Positions 1 through 10,034 of a stretch of DNA of 64,000 nt are shown here, piece after piece. The notes under the pieces are model-generated. The model saw nothing but the letters and a program-made list of their open reading frames with translations, did no database searches and was not told the DNA's origin. Position 1 is the stretch's first letter. Each line of letters starts with the position of its first letter. Source of the DNA: a bacterium (GTDB lineage: Bacteria; Actinomycetota; Acidimicrobiia; Spongiisociales; UBA5794). Both the position numbers and the translations under genes were made by a program. The DNA lies in assembly GCA_024228555.1 (NCBI GenBank), contig JAAETI010000243.1:24528-88527 (forward strand). Reading direction: 5' to 3'.

Positions 1-177
1 GCAAGTGTGTCTGCAACGCTCTCATGTCGAGTATCGAACTCGGCCAGATCCAGAAGAGCGGTGGACAAGAATTGCCGCTTGTCACCTCAGGCGACGACGT
101 TGCCCACATCGCCCGTTTTCTACGTCCGGGTGCCGAGACCTATACGGCTGCCGACGTCATCGACTATCTGCTGCGGG

Positions 178-1335
178 ATGTCGTTGCCCAGTAGCGCTCC
201 CGCTGCGGGACCCCTTGCCGGGATTCGGGTCATCGAGCTTGCCGGGATCGGTCCCGGACCATTCTGTGCCATGTTGCTTGCAGATCTCGGAGCCGAGGTG
301 ATCCGTATTGACCGCCCCGGTGGTTCGAGCTTCCTTGGCCTCGATCGCACCATGAGCCGGAGTCGCCGCTCTCTCGGTCTCGACTTGAAGAACGCCGATG
401 CTGTCGAGGTCTTGCTTGACCTTGTATCCACTGCCGATGTATTGATCGAGGGGCTGCGCCCCGGCGTGGCCGAGCGGCTTGGATTTGGGCCAGACACCTG
501 TCAGGAACGCAACGTGGGTCTTGTGTACGGCCGAATGACCGGGTGGGGTCAAGATGGTCCGAATCGAGATCGGGCTGGCCACGACATCAACTACATCGCA
601 CTGTCCGGGGCGCTTGATGCGATCGGACGGGCCGATGCCAAACCAGTAGTGCCGCTCAATCTGATTGGAGACTTCGGTGGTGGAGCCCTCTACCTCGCCA
701 CAGGGATCTTGGCCGCACTGATTGAGCGATCGACTTCGGGCCAAGGCCAGGTCGTTGATGCTGCCATGGTTGATGGGGCCGCCTCGCTGATGATGATGTT
801 CTACGAATTCAAAGCGATGGGCCTGTGGGAGGGGGAGCGCGGTTCCAATCTGCTTGACGGAGGCGCACCGTTCTACGATGTCTATGAGACGGCCGACGGT
901 GGGTTCCTGTCGGTTGGGCCGCTCGAACCGCAGTTCTTCAGAGAGTTCCTGATGGTGTTGGGAATCGATGATGTTGATCCCTCCGATCAGTACGACGTAT
1001 CGACTTGGCCGGAGTTGCGGATCAAGATTGCATCCGCCCTGGCCAAGGCGACACGTGATGAGTGGTCAAGCCGCTTTGCCGAAAGCGATGGATGTGTCTG
1101 GCCGGTTCTGTCGATGGCAGAGGCACCTCAGCACCCTCACAATGTGGCTCGGGGAACATTCGTTGCAGTCGACGGAGCAACGCAACCGGCTCCTGCGCCG
1201 CGGTTCTCCCGCACAGAGCTAGCGACCCCGACCGCGGCGCCCGTCGTCGGAAAGGACACCGACGAGATCATCACCGGTCTCGGCATTGCTGTCTCCCGCC
1301 TCGCTGAACTGCGCAAGGCCGGCGCAGTCTTCTAG
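178..1335 (+). CDS. CoA-transferase family III (CaiB/BaiF-like) protein
   Basis: N-terminal LAGIRVIELAGIGPGPFCAMLLADLGAEVIRIDRP and central GWGQDGP motifs are typical of family III CoA transferases. The start is moved to the ATG at 178 inside the longer ORF at 7. Confidence 0.8.
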   Translation: MSLPSSAPAAGPLAGIRVIELAGIGPGPFCAMLLADLGAEVIRIDRPGGSSFLGLDRTMSRSRRSLGLDLKNADAVEVLLDLVSTADVLIEGLRPGVAERLGFGPDTCQERNVGLVYGRMTGWGQDGPNRDRAGHDINYIALSGALDAIGRADAKPVVPLNLIGDFGGGALYLATGILAALIERSTSGQGQVVDAAMVDGAASLMMMFYEFKAMGLWEGERGSNLLDGGAPFYDVYETADGGFLSVGPLEPQFFREFLMVLGIDDVDPSDQYDVSTWPELRIKIASALAKATRDEWSSRFAESDGCVWPVLSMAEAPQHPHNVARGTFVAVDGATQPAPAPRFSRTELATPTAAPVVGKDTDEIITGLGIAVSRLAELRKAGAVF

Positions 1336-1378
1336 CTGGTCGCTGCTATCCGATGTTGTCGTTTGCGGTGTCGGTACC

Positions 1379-2797
1379 ATGGGCAAAAAGGAGGCCGATG
1401 TGTCCCGAACATTGATCAAGGGCGGAACGGTTGTTACCGCTAGTGAAACCGTACGGTGTGACGTCCTCATCGAGGGTGAGAAGGTTGTGGCACTGCTGGG
1501 CGGTGACGCCCCCGAGCCGACCGTGGACCGCGTCATCGATGCAACGGATCGGTTGATCTTTCCCGGCTCAGTGGATGCCCACACGCACATGGAGATCCCT
1601 TTCGGTGCAGCAACCTCGAAAGACACATTTGAAACGGGTACTCAGGCGGCGGCGTGGGGTGGCACCACCACCATCATCGACTTCCCGATCCAGATGAAGG
1701 GCGAATCCCTGATGGGGAGTTTCGAAGACACGATGGCTAAGGCTGCAGGCAGCTCTGCCATCGACTTTGGCTTTCACCAGATCGTTGGTGACGTCAACGA
1801 GCAGTCGCTCGCCGACCTTGATCTCGTCCTTGAGGAGGGCGTGACTTCCTACAAGCTGTTCACCGCATACCCAGGCGTCTACTACTCGACCGATGCCGAG
1901 GTCGCAAAGGTCATGCAATGGGCTTCCGGCAATGGTTCGACAATCCTGATGCATGCGGAGAACGGGTCGGCCATCGATCTGCTCCGCGAGCAGGCCGTCG
2001 CACGTGGTGATACGGCACCCTACGCCCATGCCGCTACCAGACCGGCCGCATTGGAGGGCGAAGCCGCCCATCGAGTGATTCTTCTCGCTGAGATGACAGG
2101 AGCGCCGGTCTATATCGTTCATATCAGCGCCAAGCAGGTAGTTGCGGAAATCGCCGCAGCGCGGGCGCGGGGCACCAACGCGTTTGGCGAGACTTGCCCG
2201 CAATACCTATACCTAGAGCTGGCGATGCTCGACCAAGGCTTCGAGGGCGCTAAGTATGTTTGTTCGCCACCGCTGCGCGACCCGGCGGAGGGGCATCAGG
2301 CAGCGCTGTGGCAGGGACTGAGCAACGGTGCCCTGCAGGTGATTGCCACCGACCATTGCCCGTTCGATTTCGAAGGGCAGAAGACCCTGGGCCGTGACGA
2401 CTTCACGCAAATACCAAACGGGTTACCGGTGGTCGAGCACCGGTTCCCATTGATGCTGCATGCGGCACTGGCTGAGCAGCGATTCTCGTTGAACCGGATG
2501 GTTGAGATAAGCGCTGCGGCACCTGCAAAGATGTTCGGGCTCTATCCGCAGAAGGGGACCATCGCGGTCGGCTGCGACGCTGATATCGCCATCGTGGACC
2601 CGGCCGCGACATCGGTGATTTCGGCGGAGACCCATCACATGAATGTCGATTACTCGTGCTTCGAAGGCATGGAACTCACGGGGAAGGTTGAGACCGTGTT
2701 CTCCCGAGGACAGCTGATCGTCTCGGATGATCGTTTTGTGGGGAGCAAGAGCCATGGGCGTTACCTGCGGAGGGGGCTCAACCAGTTGCTCTTCTAG
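1379..2797 (+). CDS. dihydropyrimidinase / D-hydantoinase (cyclic amidohydrolase)
   Basis: The metal-binding DAHTHMEIPFGAATSKD motif is followed by GGTTTIIDF, and the protein is about 470 aa. The ATG at 1379 follows the stop of the upstream gene. Confidence 0.85.
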   Translation: MGKKEADVSRTLIKGGTVVTASETVRCDVLIEGEKVVALLGGDAPEPTVDRVIDATDRLIFPGSVDAHTHMEIPFGAATSKDTFETGTQAAAWGGTTTIIDFPIQMKGESLMGSFEDTMAKAAGSSAIDFGFHQIVGDVNEQSLADLDLVLEEGVTSYKLFTAYPGVYYSTDAEVAKVMQWASGNGSTILMHAENGSAIDLLREQAVARGDTAPYAHAATRPAALEGEAAHRVILLAEMTGAPVYIVHISAKQVVAEIAAARARGTNAFGETCPQYLYLELAMLDQGFEGAKYVCSPPLRDPAEGHQAALWQGLSNGALQVIATDHCPFDFEGQKTLGRDDFTQIPNGLPVVEHRFPLMLHAALAEQRFSLNRMVEISAAAPAKMFGLYPQKGTIAVGCDADIAIVDPAATSVISAETHHMNVDYSCFEGMELTGKVETVFSRGQLIVSDDRFVGSKSHGRYLRRGLNQLLF

Positions 2798-2978
2798 CGA
2801 GGTCAGATTCAAGTATTGGACCGCTTTCTGTCGATAGCATCCCGTGAGAGGCTACGAGCGAGACGAGAGGTCCATCTTGGTGCTCGAGATTCAGGAAAGC
2901 GTCAACGCGGGGACATATTGGGTCGCTTCCGAAGATGTTGTCGCCGCCATCGTCGCTGGACCGTTCCCGGCCTCCGGG

Positions 2979-3893
2979 TCAGCTCAGCTGGCGCTCGTCG
3001 ATCGCATCGCTCGACTGACTGAATCGGCCAAGCGCGACGACTACAAGTAGCGCGACAAACGCCAGTCCGAGGACGACTGGAAGATTCGACTGGGGTGCCC
3101 CGAGCGCGGTGCTGTCGAGACCATCGGGCCAAGGCCACAGCACCCGGATCGAACCGGCCATGAGGCCGATCAGCGCTGCCATCACGGCGTCGTGATAGTG
3201 GTGCAGCGCCCAGCTCAGGGCCTGTGAGAACAGCGCCAAACCGATAGTCATGCCAATGATCATGATGCCCAGTGCTGCTATGTCGCGGTCATTGACGCTC
3301 TCGAGAACCGGCCCATACATCCCGAGAATGACGAGAAGGAACGATCCACTCACGCCGGGAAGAATCATCGCACAAACCGCGATCGCTCCTGCGCCGAAGA
3401 ACGCCCATAGTGCGGGGTCGTTGAGCTGTCCCACGGTCTCGTCCGAGGTGCCTTCGCTCAGTCCCAGGAGTATGAAGATCGCCACGGTCACGCCCACCAA
3501 TATGAACAGGTTGATTGTTGACCACGTCTTGACCAACTTCCATGCAACGACCACCGAGCCGGCAATTAGCCCCATGAACAGGCCGGCCATCTCCTCGGGT
3601 TGATCATGCAGGAGATTCTTGAGAACGCTCGCCAGCGAAATCACGGCGAGCAGGATGCCAAGGATGAGAGGGATCAGGAAGCCCCAGTCGACAGCACTGA
3701 GCCATCGTCTGGCCTCGGACCAGTTTCCCCTAACGATGTGGCCGAGGGCGGAGCTACCCGCCCTGATCGACTCTACGAGTTGCTCATAGATGCCGACGAC
3801 GAGCGCAATGGTGCCTCCGGACACGCCGGGCACGACGTCGGCGGCTCCCATCAGGAAGCCGCGTATGACAGTTAGGGGAGTCTTGGGGATCAC
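2979..3893 (-). CDS. polytopic membrane protein, DUF368-like
   Basis: A very hydrophobic 304-aa ORF with VPGVSGGTIALVVG and a second GVSGS motif, a duplicated pattern like DUF368/COG2035. Confidence 0.5.
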   Translation of the reverse strand: MIPKTPLTVIRGFLMGAADVVPGVSGGTIALVVGIYEQLVESIRAGSSALGHIVRGNWSEARRWLSAVDWGFLIPLILGILLAVISLASVLKNLLHDQPEEMAGLFMGLIAGSVVVAWKLVKTWSTINLFILVGVTVAIFILLGLSEGTSDETVGQLNDPALWAFFGAGAIAVCAMILPGVSGSFLLVILGMYGPVLESVNDRDIAALGIMIIGMTIGLALFSQALSWALHHYHDAVMAALIGLMAGSIRVLWPWPDGLDSTALGAPQSNLPVVLGLAFVALLVVVALGRFSQSSDAIDERQLS

Positions 3894-3978
3894 GGACGGG
3901 ATTGTAGGTCTTGGGGAGGCTGAACTGGTTCACCCTGACGCATCGCGGGTCCTGGTCTGGACCCGCGATGCGAGAGGC

Positions 3979-4776
3979 CTAGCCAACTGTGATAGTTACC
4001 GAGATGGTGCCGTCGTAGTCGCTGACTGCGGTGATCGGAGCACCCTGGTCGTCGCCAGTATTCGGTTCTGGTTGACGCGGTGCCTGGTTGGCCCCTTCGC
4101 CGGGCGTCTCGTCTACCTCGGTACCTGCATCCCAGAGACCGATGAGCTCGGTGACGTCGCCGGTGACGGGCATATCGCCATCAAAGAGGTTGATGCCGCT
4201 TGAGGCTGGCGCAAAGAACCAGTCGTTTGACTGGACAAACATCGTGGCGAACGACAGGTAGTCGCCGGGGGTTGCTTCGAAAGTGAACGAGTAGCTGGAA
4301 CCAGGCAGCGCTGGACCGGCCTCGTCACCACCGTCCGGGTTGGTGAACGCACCCGATGTCGAGACCGTCGAAAGCGCTGCCAACGACGTGACCAGACCGC
4401 TCGGGTCGCCGTCTTCTGCCAGCGCTTCAAGGCCTTCACCACGGTCGACCGTGCCATCGGCAAAGAGAGTCTCCATCGATGTGTGCACGATGAATGCGCC
4501 GGGCGCCAGTGGCGTCGCCAGTTTCGCCGCATCAGACGTGTTTGCGATGGTGACTGTGAAAGTCGACGGCATATGCTCGTCGGTCATTTCTTCGTCGGTC
4601 ATTTCTTCGTCGGACATTTCCTCGTCGGACATCTCTTCGTCGGTCATTTCCTCGTCGGTCATTTCCTCATCGGTTGCGGCAGCTGTGGTTTCGGATGCGG
4701 CATCACCTTCATCCGATCCTCCGCACGCCGCCAGCAGCAGTGCGAGTGCCAGAGCGATTGACAGTCGTTTCAACAT
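3979..4776 (-). CDS. secreted lipoprotein with Spondin_N-like domain and acidic (T/S)DEEM repeat
   Basis: Signal peptide with lipobox (LLAACGG). The acidic repeat TDEEMTDEEMTDEEMSDEEMSDEEMTDEEM is followed by a region resembling the reeler/Spondin_N fold (SYSFTFEATPGDYLSFATMFVQSNDWFFA). Confidence 0.55.
   Translation of the reverse strand: MLKRLSIALALALLLAACGGSDEGDAASETTAAATDEEMTDEEMTDEEMSDEEMSDEEMTDEEMTDEHMPSTFTVTIANTSDAAKLATPLAPGAFIVHTSMETLFADGTVDRGEGLEALAEDGDPSGLVTSLAALSTVSTSGAFTNPDGGDEAGPALPGSSYSFTFEATPGDYLSFATMFVQSNDWFFAPASSGINLFDGDMPVTGDVTELIGLWDAGTEVDETPGEGANQAPRQPEPNTGDDQGAPITAVSDYDGTISVTITVG
4576..4680 (-). repeat. 15-nt in-frame tandem repeat (about 6.5 copies) encoding the (T/S)DEEM units
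   Basis: The plus strand shows ctcgtcggtcatttc / ttcgtcggacatttc units repeated head to tail. Confidence 0.8.
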
Positions 4777-4903
4777 GGGTTCTCCTGGTTCGATTCACCA
4801 GAATCATGAGCGGTCAATCTTGCCGAATCCTTGCGGCAAGATTGCCGAACGATGAACACTCGTCAGTAGTGTTCTGCCCTGCGCCGAATGGAAGGTGGGA
4901 GAG

Positions 4904-5920
4904 ATGAATCCAAAGATCGTGCTTCATGATCATCTTGATGGTGGGGTCCGGCCCGCCACCGTGATCGACCTGGCCAACGAGGCTGGTGTGGGGCTACCGA
5001 CCGACGATGCTGACGAATTGGCACGATGGTTCACAATCGTGCCTGGCATGTCGATCGAGGCCGCTTGGCAACGCTTCTACCTGGTTATCGGCGTCTTGCA
5101 GACGGAGCACGGATTGCACCGTGTCGCCAGGGAGGCGGTCGAGGACCTGGCCGCGGATGGCGTCATCTATGCAGAGTCGCGGTTTGCTCCGCTTGGCCAC
5201 CTCGCCGGCGGGCTCTCTGCTGATGAGGTCATGGCGGCCGTCATCTCCGGTCTTGCGGAGGGGGAGAGGGCAACTGGATGTGTAGCGAGGACCATTGTTT
5301 GCGGTATCCGCGAGGACCATCCATCCCAATCTGTGGATGCTGCCGAGCTTGCTGTGGCCTGGAAGGGGAGAGGGGTCGTCGGTTTCGACCTTGCTGGAAA
5401 CGAGTTCGAGTTCGGTGCGGACTCCCATGCGGAAGCCTTTGCAGTGGCACGCTCCGGTGGTCTGGGAGTGACGGTCCACGCGGGCGAGATGGCTGGACCC
5501 GAGAGCATCGCCACCGCTCTGACCGCAGCGCATCCGAGTCGCATCGGTCACGGCCTGCATCTGATCGACGATTGTGAAGTAGTCGACGACCGGATTGCGA
5601 AACTGGGTCGGGTTGCGTCCAAGGTTCATGATGCGGGTCTGATGTTGGAAGTGTGCGTCACCTCGAACAGTTGCTTGGGAACGCCGGTCGTCGATCATCC
5701 GGTACGGATGTATCGCGATGCTGGATTTGCACTGTCGGTGAATCCCGATGATCGGGCGATCACCACAACTACGGTTGCCAACGAGTATGAGTTGTGGCGC
5801 AGCTGTCACGGGTTCACCAACAGCGAGTTCCGTGACGTCAACCTGCAGGCCGTCGAAGCGGCGTTCTGCGATGAAGTGACGAAAGCGCGGTTGCGTGGTG
5901 TGGTTGAGGCGGGTTGGTAG
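4904..5920 (+). CDS. add: adenosine deaminase
   Basis: KIVLHDHLDGG at the N-terminus, HAGE and a C-terminal SVNPDD are adenosine deaminase signatures. ATG 4904 is preceded by a GGAAGGTGGGAGAG Shine-Dalgarno; the alternative start is GTG 4895. Confidence 0.85.
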   Translation: MNPKIVLHDHLDGGVRPATVIDLANEAGVGLPTDDADELARWFTIVPGMSIEAAWQRFYLVIGVLQTEHGLHRVAREAVEDLAADGVIYAESRFAPLGHLAGGLSADEVMAAVISGLAEGERATGCVARTIVCGIREDHPSQSVDAAELAVAWKGRGVVGFDLAGNEFEFGADSHAEAFAVARSGGLGVTVHAGEMAGPESIATALTAAHPSRIGHGLHLIDDCEVVDDRIAKLGRVASKVHDAGLMLEVCVTSNSCLGTPVVDHPVRMYRDAGFALSVNPDDRAITTTTVANEYELWRSCHGFTNSEFRDVNLQAVEAAFCDEVTKARLRGVVEAGW

Positions 5921-5923
5921 CCG

Positions 5924-7102
5924 CTAGCTGGGGAGACGGAATTCGACGGCGCCACCCGGCCCTGGCTCGGCGTGGATCGAGCCACCGAGTGCGGTCACAA
6001 AACGATGGGCGATTGCCAGGCCCAGACCTGTGCCGCTGCCGTCGCGAGTCCTCGCAGCATCAGCGCGCGTGAAGCTCTCAAAGGCACGATCAACGAAATC
6101 CGGAGGAAACCCAGCTCCATCGTCGGTTACCCGCACCACAAGGTCGGGCGTATGGGCCAGCGAAACGACCACGTTGCTCTCGGAATGCCGGATTGCGTTG
6201 TCGATCAAGTTGCGCATGACTCGTCCGAGCGCCTCTGGTGCCGTGTCAGTGGTTATCGAGCCAGGGGCCTGCAGCTCGACGTTCACTCCCAGCCGGTGCG
6301 CGGTTGGTCGCAGTACCTCGATCGCCTCGTCCGCGATCTCCGTGACGTCCACGGAGAGCAGCCGCAGCTCCACAGCGCCCGCCTCGAGTCGGGCGAGGAG
6401 GAATATGTCGTCGACGAGGCGATGCAATGCTCCGATGTCTCGCTCCATAGAGTCGAGATAGCGCACAGGGTCGGGGGCAACGCCATCTTGCAGGGCTTCG
6501 ACTGCCGCCTGCAGCGAACCGAGCGGACTCCGCAGATCGTGGCCCACGGCAGTGAGGAATTCTCGCCTCGCCTCATCCTCGGCCTGGCGTCGCTGATCCG
6601 CAAGGCTGAGGTCTGCTGCCATTGCATCAAAGGCGATCGCCAGGTCGCCGACCTCATCGGACCGCTTGACCTTTGTTGTGGCTGTGAAATCGCCGTCGGC
6701 CACTTGCTGCGCCGTGGAGGCGATGCGACGCAGGTCCGAAGTTATGGGTCGGGAGACGGCAAAGGCAAACCCGAAGGATGCAACAAGCCCAAAACCAACC
6801 ACGACGAGCAGCAGTTGCAGATCGTGGCTCGAGAAGAACATTTCCTGGGCGGCTGCGATCGCGGTCCCGGCCACGATCAGAAATGAGGTCATTCCGACAG
6901 CAACGATGCTGAAACGGATCGATCGAGCGCGGGCCGACCAGCGCGGGAGCAGGTAGACGCCGAGTGCAGCCACAACCATCAAAGCAACGAATATGGCGCC
7001 GAGCCGGTTGCGCTCCATGGTGGTCGGGTTCATCGTCACTTCGAAGAGCACCAAGGCGAAGATGACTGCAGCGGGAAGCCAGAGGAAGGCTCTGAATCTC
7101 AC
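5924..7102 (-). CDS. sensor histidine kinase (two TM, HAMP, HisKA, HATPase_c)
   Basis: The H-box LTAVGHDLRSPL and the N/G-boxes (NLIDNAIRHS, DDGAGFP, GTGLGLAI) are present. Its start overlaps the regulator's stop by 4 nt. Confidence 0.85.
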   Translation of the reverse strand: MRFRAFLWLPAAVIFALVLFEVTMNPTTMERNRLGAIFVALMVVAALGVYLLPRWSARARSIRFSIVAVGMTSFLIVAGTAIAAAQEMFFSSHDLQLLLVVVGFGLVASFGFAFAVSRPITSDLRRIASTAQQVADGDFTATTKVKRSDEVGDLAIAFDAMAADLSLADQRRQAEDEARREFLTAVGHDLRSPLGSLQAAVEALQDGVAPDPVRYLDSMERDIGALHRLVDDIFLLARLEAGAVELRLLSVDVTEIADEAIEVLRPTAHRLGVNVELQAPGSITTDTAPEALGRVMRNLIDNAIRHSESNVVVSLAHTPDLVVRVTDDGAGFPPDFVDRAFESFTRADAARTRDGSGTGLGLAIAHRFVTALGGSIHAEPGPGGAVEFRLPS

Positions 7103-7797
7103 GGCTCGAACCGGTATCCGACGCCCCAGACGGTGGTGATCCAGCGTGGGTTCTCAGGATCGATCTCTAGCTTGCGGCGGAGTCGCCGCACATGAACGGT
7201 AACGGTGGAGGGATCCTGCCAGTCGGCAGATGAGTCCCACACCTGCTCGAGTAACTGACTTCTGGAGAAGACCTGTCGGGGGGACCTTGCCAGGAACGCA
7301 AGAAGATCGAATTCCTTCGGAGTCATCTCAATGGCAGCGTCAGCCAACGAGATCTCGCGCGCTTGCTCGTCGATCACGAGCCCGTCAAACTCGAGCACCC
7401 TCGGTGGCTTGGCGGCGGCCGGTGCGGTGCGGCGCAACACAGACCTCACCCGAGCGACCAATTCCCGCGGTGAGAACGGTTTGACGACATAGTCATCGGC
7501 ACCAAGCTCCAGGCCAAGGATGCGGTCGGTCTCTTCAGTTCGTGCGGTGAGCAGTATCACCGGTATGTCACCAGAACGACGCAACTCGGTCAGCACCGAG
7601 AATCCGTCAACTTCGGGGAGCATGACATCGAGTACGACAAGATCGGGCGGCGACTCCTCAATGTGTTTCAGCGCTGCGCTGCCGGTGCTGACCTCGTCGA
7701 CGCGAAACCCCTCTCGCTCGAGATAGGCCACGACTACCTCGCGGACCATTGGTTCGTCGTCGACTACGAGTATTTGCTCGGTTTCGGTTGCAGTCAT
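7099..7797 (-). CDS. OmpR-family response regulator
   Basis: Receiver domain (ILVVDDEP ... LVVLDVMLP) plus a winged-helix output domain (VWGVGYRF). The start is taken as the internal ATG at 7797 rather than 7959. Confidence 0.85.
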   Translation of the reverse strand: MTATETEQILVVDDEPMVREVVVAYLEREGFRVDEVSTGSAALKHIEESPPDLVVLDVMLPEVDGFSVLTELRRSGDIPVILLTARTEETDRILGLELGADDYVVKPFSPRELVARVRSVLRRTAPAAAKPPRVLEFDGLVIDEQAREISLADAAIEMTPKEFDLLAFLARSPRQVFSRSQLLEQVWDSSADWQDPSTVTVHVRRLRRKLEIDPENPRWITTVWGVGYRFEP

Positions 7798-7983
7798 TGG
7801 GAGGATCATATGACTGCCAACCGTGAGAACGGTCGTTTCCGTCCCAGTTCCGTGAATGTTCACACTTGCGGTTCCGCTGCTTGGTGAGATCGACCGCGGT
7901 CTTCTGTGGGTGATGGCCACACTACACAGTGTGGCCATTGGCATACCGAGGGTAGTCATGTATGGTGAGCCACGGAGGAATGG

Positions 7984-8682
7984 ATGCCGATCAATCTAGC
8001 CGGCAAACATTGCGTCGTATGTGGCGCGGCTGCTGCGGTGCGGGTAACCGGCACCAGCTTCTGTGCGTCATGCGGGTTGCGGCAACACCAAAGCACTGAT
8101 GCTGTATCGCCGACTGCTTCGAGACGATCACACCGTTTCGCCGTCATGGGGATCCTCTCGTCCGGGTTGCTGGCCAAGGTGCTCATGGGTGCGGTGGCGC
8201 TTGCGGCCGTCGGCGGCATGACGGCATCGCTGCGCAGCGAACCCGTTCCCGGTGCCGCCGATGTCGTACCGGTGGCAGCCGACGCAACCACCACGACCAG
8301 TGCGGTGGCCGTTCCTACCACGACGGTTCCTGTTGTCGTTGTACCCGAAGCTCCTTCCGGTGAGACGCCCGCACTGCCAAACGCAGGGGGATCGTCGTCG
8401 GCCACCGATTACGTAGTGGCCGTGCAGGCTTGGGTCGAGTGTGTTTCTAACGTGGCCCAGGCTCACCGCGGTGGTGCCTTTGATCCGACTTCATCCTGCG
8501 ATGAGCACCCGACGCCGGGGGATTTTGGGCTAGATGATCTCGACGATGACGCCGCGGAACCACCTGGTCATGATGAGGATGGTCGGGGGAACTCTGGGAA
8601 TGCGCCTGGTCATGATGAGGATGGTCCGGGGAACTCTGGGAATGCCCCAGGTCACAACGATGATGGCGATGACGACGGCTAG
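7984..8682 (+). CDS. zinc-ribbon / single-TM protein with Gly-Asp-Asn-rich C-terminal repeats
   Basis: N-terminal CVVCG...CASCG zinc ribbon, one hydrophobic helix, a Thr/Val/Pro-rich linker, and a C-terminal repeat NSGNAPGHDEDGPG. A strong GGAGGA Shine-Dalgarno lies 5 nt before the ATG. Confidence 0.5.
   Translation: MPINLAGKHCVVCGAAAAVRVTGTSFCASCGLRQHQSTDAVSPTASRRSHRFAVMGILSSGLLAKVLMGAVALAAVGGMTASLRSEPVPGAADVVPVAADATTTTSAVAVPTTTVPVVVVPEAPSGETPALPNAGGSSSATDYVVAVQAWVECVSNVAQAHRGGAFDPTSSCDEHPTPGDFGLDDLDDDAAEPPGHDEDGRGNSGNAPGHDEDGPGNSGNAPGHNDDGDDDG
8563..8679 (+). repeat. 42-nt in-frame tandem repeat (about 2.7 copies)
   Basis: The unit cctggtcatgatgaggatggtcgggggaactctgggaatgcg is repeated at 8563, 8605 and 8647 (last copy partial and degenerate). 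Confidence 0.8.
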
Positions 8683-8745
8683 GGCCGCCGCAGCGCACAC
8701 TTCATAGCCACCGCTTCGCACCCCTGCTGGCTAGCCTGCCTCGTC

Positions 8746-9582
8746 ATGTCCTCAAAGAACCGCTGGTCCCAGAATGATGTACTTGCTGCCGATGCGACCA
8801 AGAGCGCCCATCCCGAGTTGGCAGTGACTCCTGGTCTCGAGCTGACCCATCGCCCCTCGCGAGTGTCGGGATCGGTCACCGCCTTTACCGAGGGTCAACG
8901 TGTTGTCCTGTGCGACCAGGACGGCAACCTCCACGAGTTCAAGCCGCACAAGGGAGTGATGCTGCACAAGGGCAAGCCGGTACAGTTGGTGGCAGGGGAG
9001 TGGAAGAGCGACGCCGGTCTGCGTTTCACCGCATCGGGTTCGGTCGATGCTGGTCCAAGTCGGGCGCAGAAGGCCAAGGCAAGTCGCATCTGGGTTGAAG
9101 GTATCCACGACGCCGAGTTGATTGAGAAGATCTGGGGCGACGACCTGCGGATCGAGGGTATCGTTGTCGAACCGCTCCACGGCGCTGATGATCTTGCTGA
9201 ACGAGTCATCGAATTCCACCCAGCATCGAACAGGCGGCTGGGGGTGCTTCTCGATCACCTCGTCAGCGGTTCCAAAGAATCCAGGATTGCGGACGCAGTC
9301 ACAGACCCGAATGTGCTGATCTGTGGTCATCCGTACGTTGACATCTGGCAGGCTGTGAAGCCAGCAGCACTTGGGATCGCTGCCTGGCCGGAGGTTCCGA
9401 TCGGGCAGCCGTGGAAGGAAGGGATCATCGCAGCGCTCGGTCAGCAGGATCAGCCCGGCCACTTCTGGCAAGCTGTGCTCGGCCGGGTGTCAACCTACAG
9501 GGACATCGAGACCCCTCTCATCAACTCTGTAGAACAGCTCATTGATTTCGTAACCGTCCGGCCAGCTACATTCGCCCCATGA
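8746..9582 (+). CDS. conserved actinobacterial hypothetical protein (DUF3097-like)
   Basis: Hydrophilic 278-aa ORF whose stop overlaps the dtd start (ATGA). Family assignment is from memory only. An antisense ORF (8752..9471) occupies the same span. Confidence 0.5.
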   Translation: MSSKNRWSQNDVLAADATKSAHPELAVTPGLELTHRPSRVSGSVTAFTEGQRVVLCDQDGNLHEFKPHKGVMLHKGKPVQLVAGEWKSDAGLRFTASGSVDAGPSRAQKAKASRIWVEGIHDAELIEKIWGDDLRIEGIVVEPLHGADDLAERVIEFHPASNRRLGVLLDHLVSGSKESRIADAVTDPNVLICGHPYVDIWQAVKPAALGIAAWPEVPIGQPWKEGIIAALGQQDQPGHFWQAVLGRVSTYRDIETPLINSVEQLIDFVTVRPATFAP

Positions 9583-10034
9583 GAGCTGTTATTCAACGGG
9601 TAGCTCGAGCATCTGTTGCCGTCGCCGACCGGACAGTCGGCGAGATCGATCAGGGGCTGCTGGTTCTGTTGGGTGTCGGCCACAATGACGGTACCGCAGA
9701 AGCTGAAGCACTCGTCGACAAGCTGCTCGGTCTGCGGATATTCCCCGACGCAGACAAGCGGATGAATCTCTCCGTGGTCGATGTCGGTGGGGCCGTCCTC
9801 GTGGTCAGTCAGTTCACCTTGCTCGCCGATATCCGCAGGGGGCGACGGCCATCGTTTACCGATGCCGCCGCACCCGAATCCGCAGCCGCTCTCGTTGCCG
9901 ACGTCGTTCGACTTGTGGAAGAGCGTGGGGTCACCGTCGCCACCGGTGAGTTCGGAGCGATGATGGATGTTGAGCTGCTCAACGATGGCCCCGTGACCAT
10001 CGTGATGGATGTCGCCGAAGGCAGGGTTCAGTGA
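9579..10034 (+). CDS. dtd: D-aminoacyl-tRNA deacylase
   Basis: MRAVIQRV start, SQFTL motif, about 150 aa. Confidence 0.9.
   Translation: MRAVIQRVARASVAVADRTVGEIDQGLLVLLGVGHNDGTAEAEALVDKLLGLRIFPDADKRMNLSVVDVGGAVLVVSQFTLLADIRRGRRPSFTDAAAPESAAALVADVVRLVEERGVTVATGEFGAMMDVELLNDGPVTIVMDVAEGRVQ

Noticed and set aside
4340-4855. 171-aa plus-strand ORF containing SSVISSSVISSSDISSS
   Set aside because: It is the antisense reading of the (T/S)DEEM coding repeat of the Spondin_N-like lipoprotein gene.
8752-9471. 239-aa antisense ORF opposite the DUF3097-like gene
   Set aside because: The plus-strand ORF is tightly coupled to dtd (ATGA) and has a more protein-like composition. The minus ORF is Arg/Pro-rich, typical of GC-rich antisense frames.
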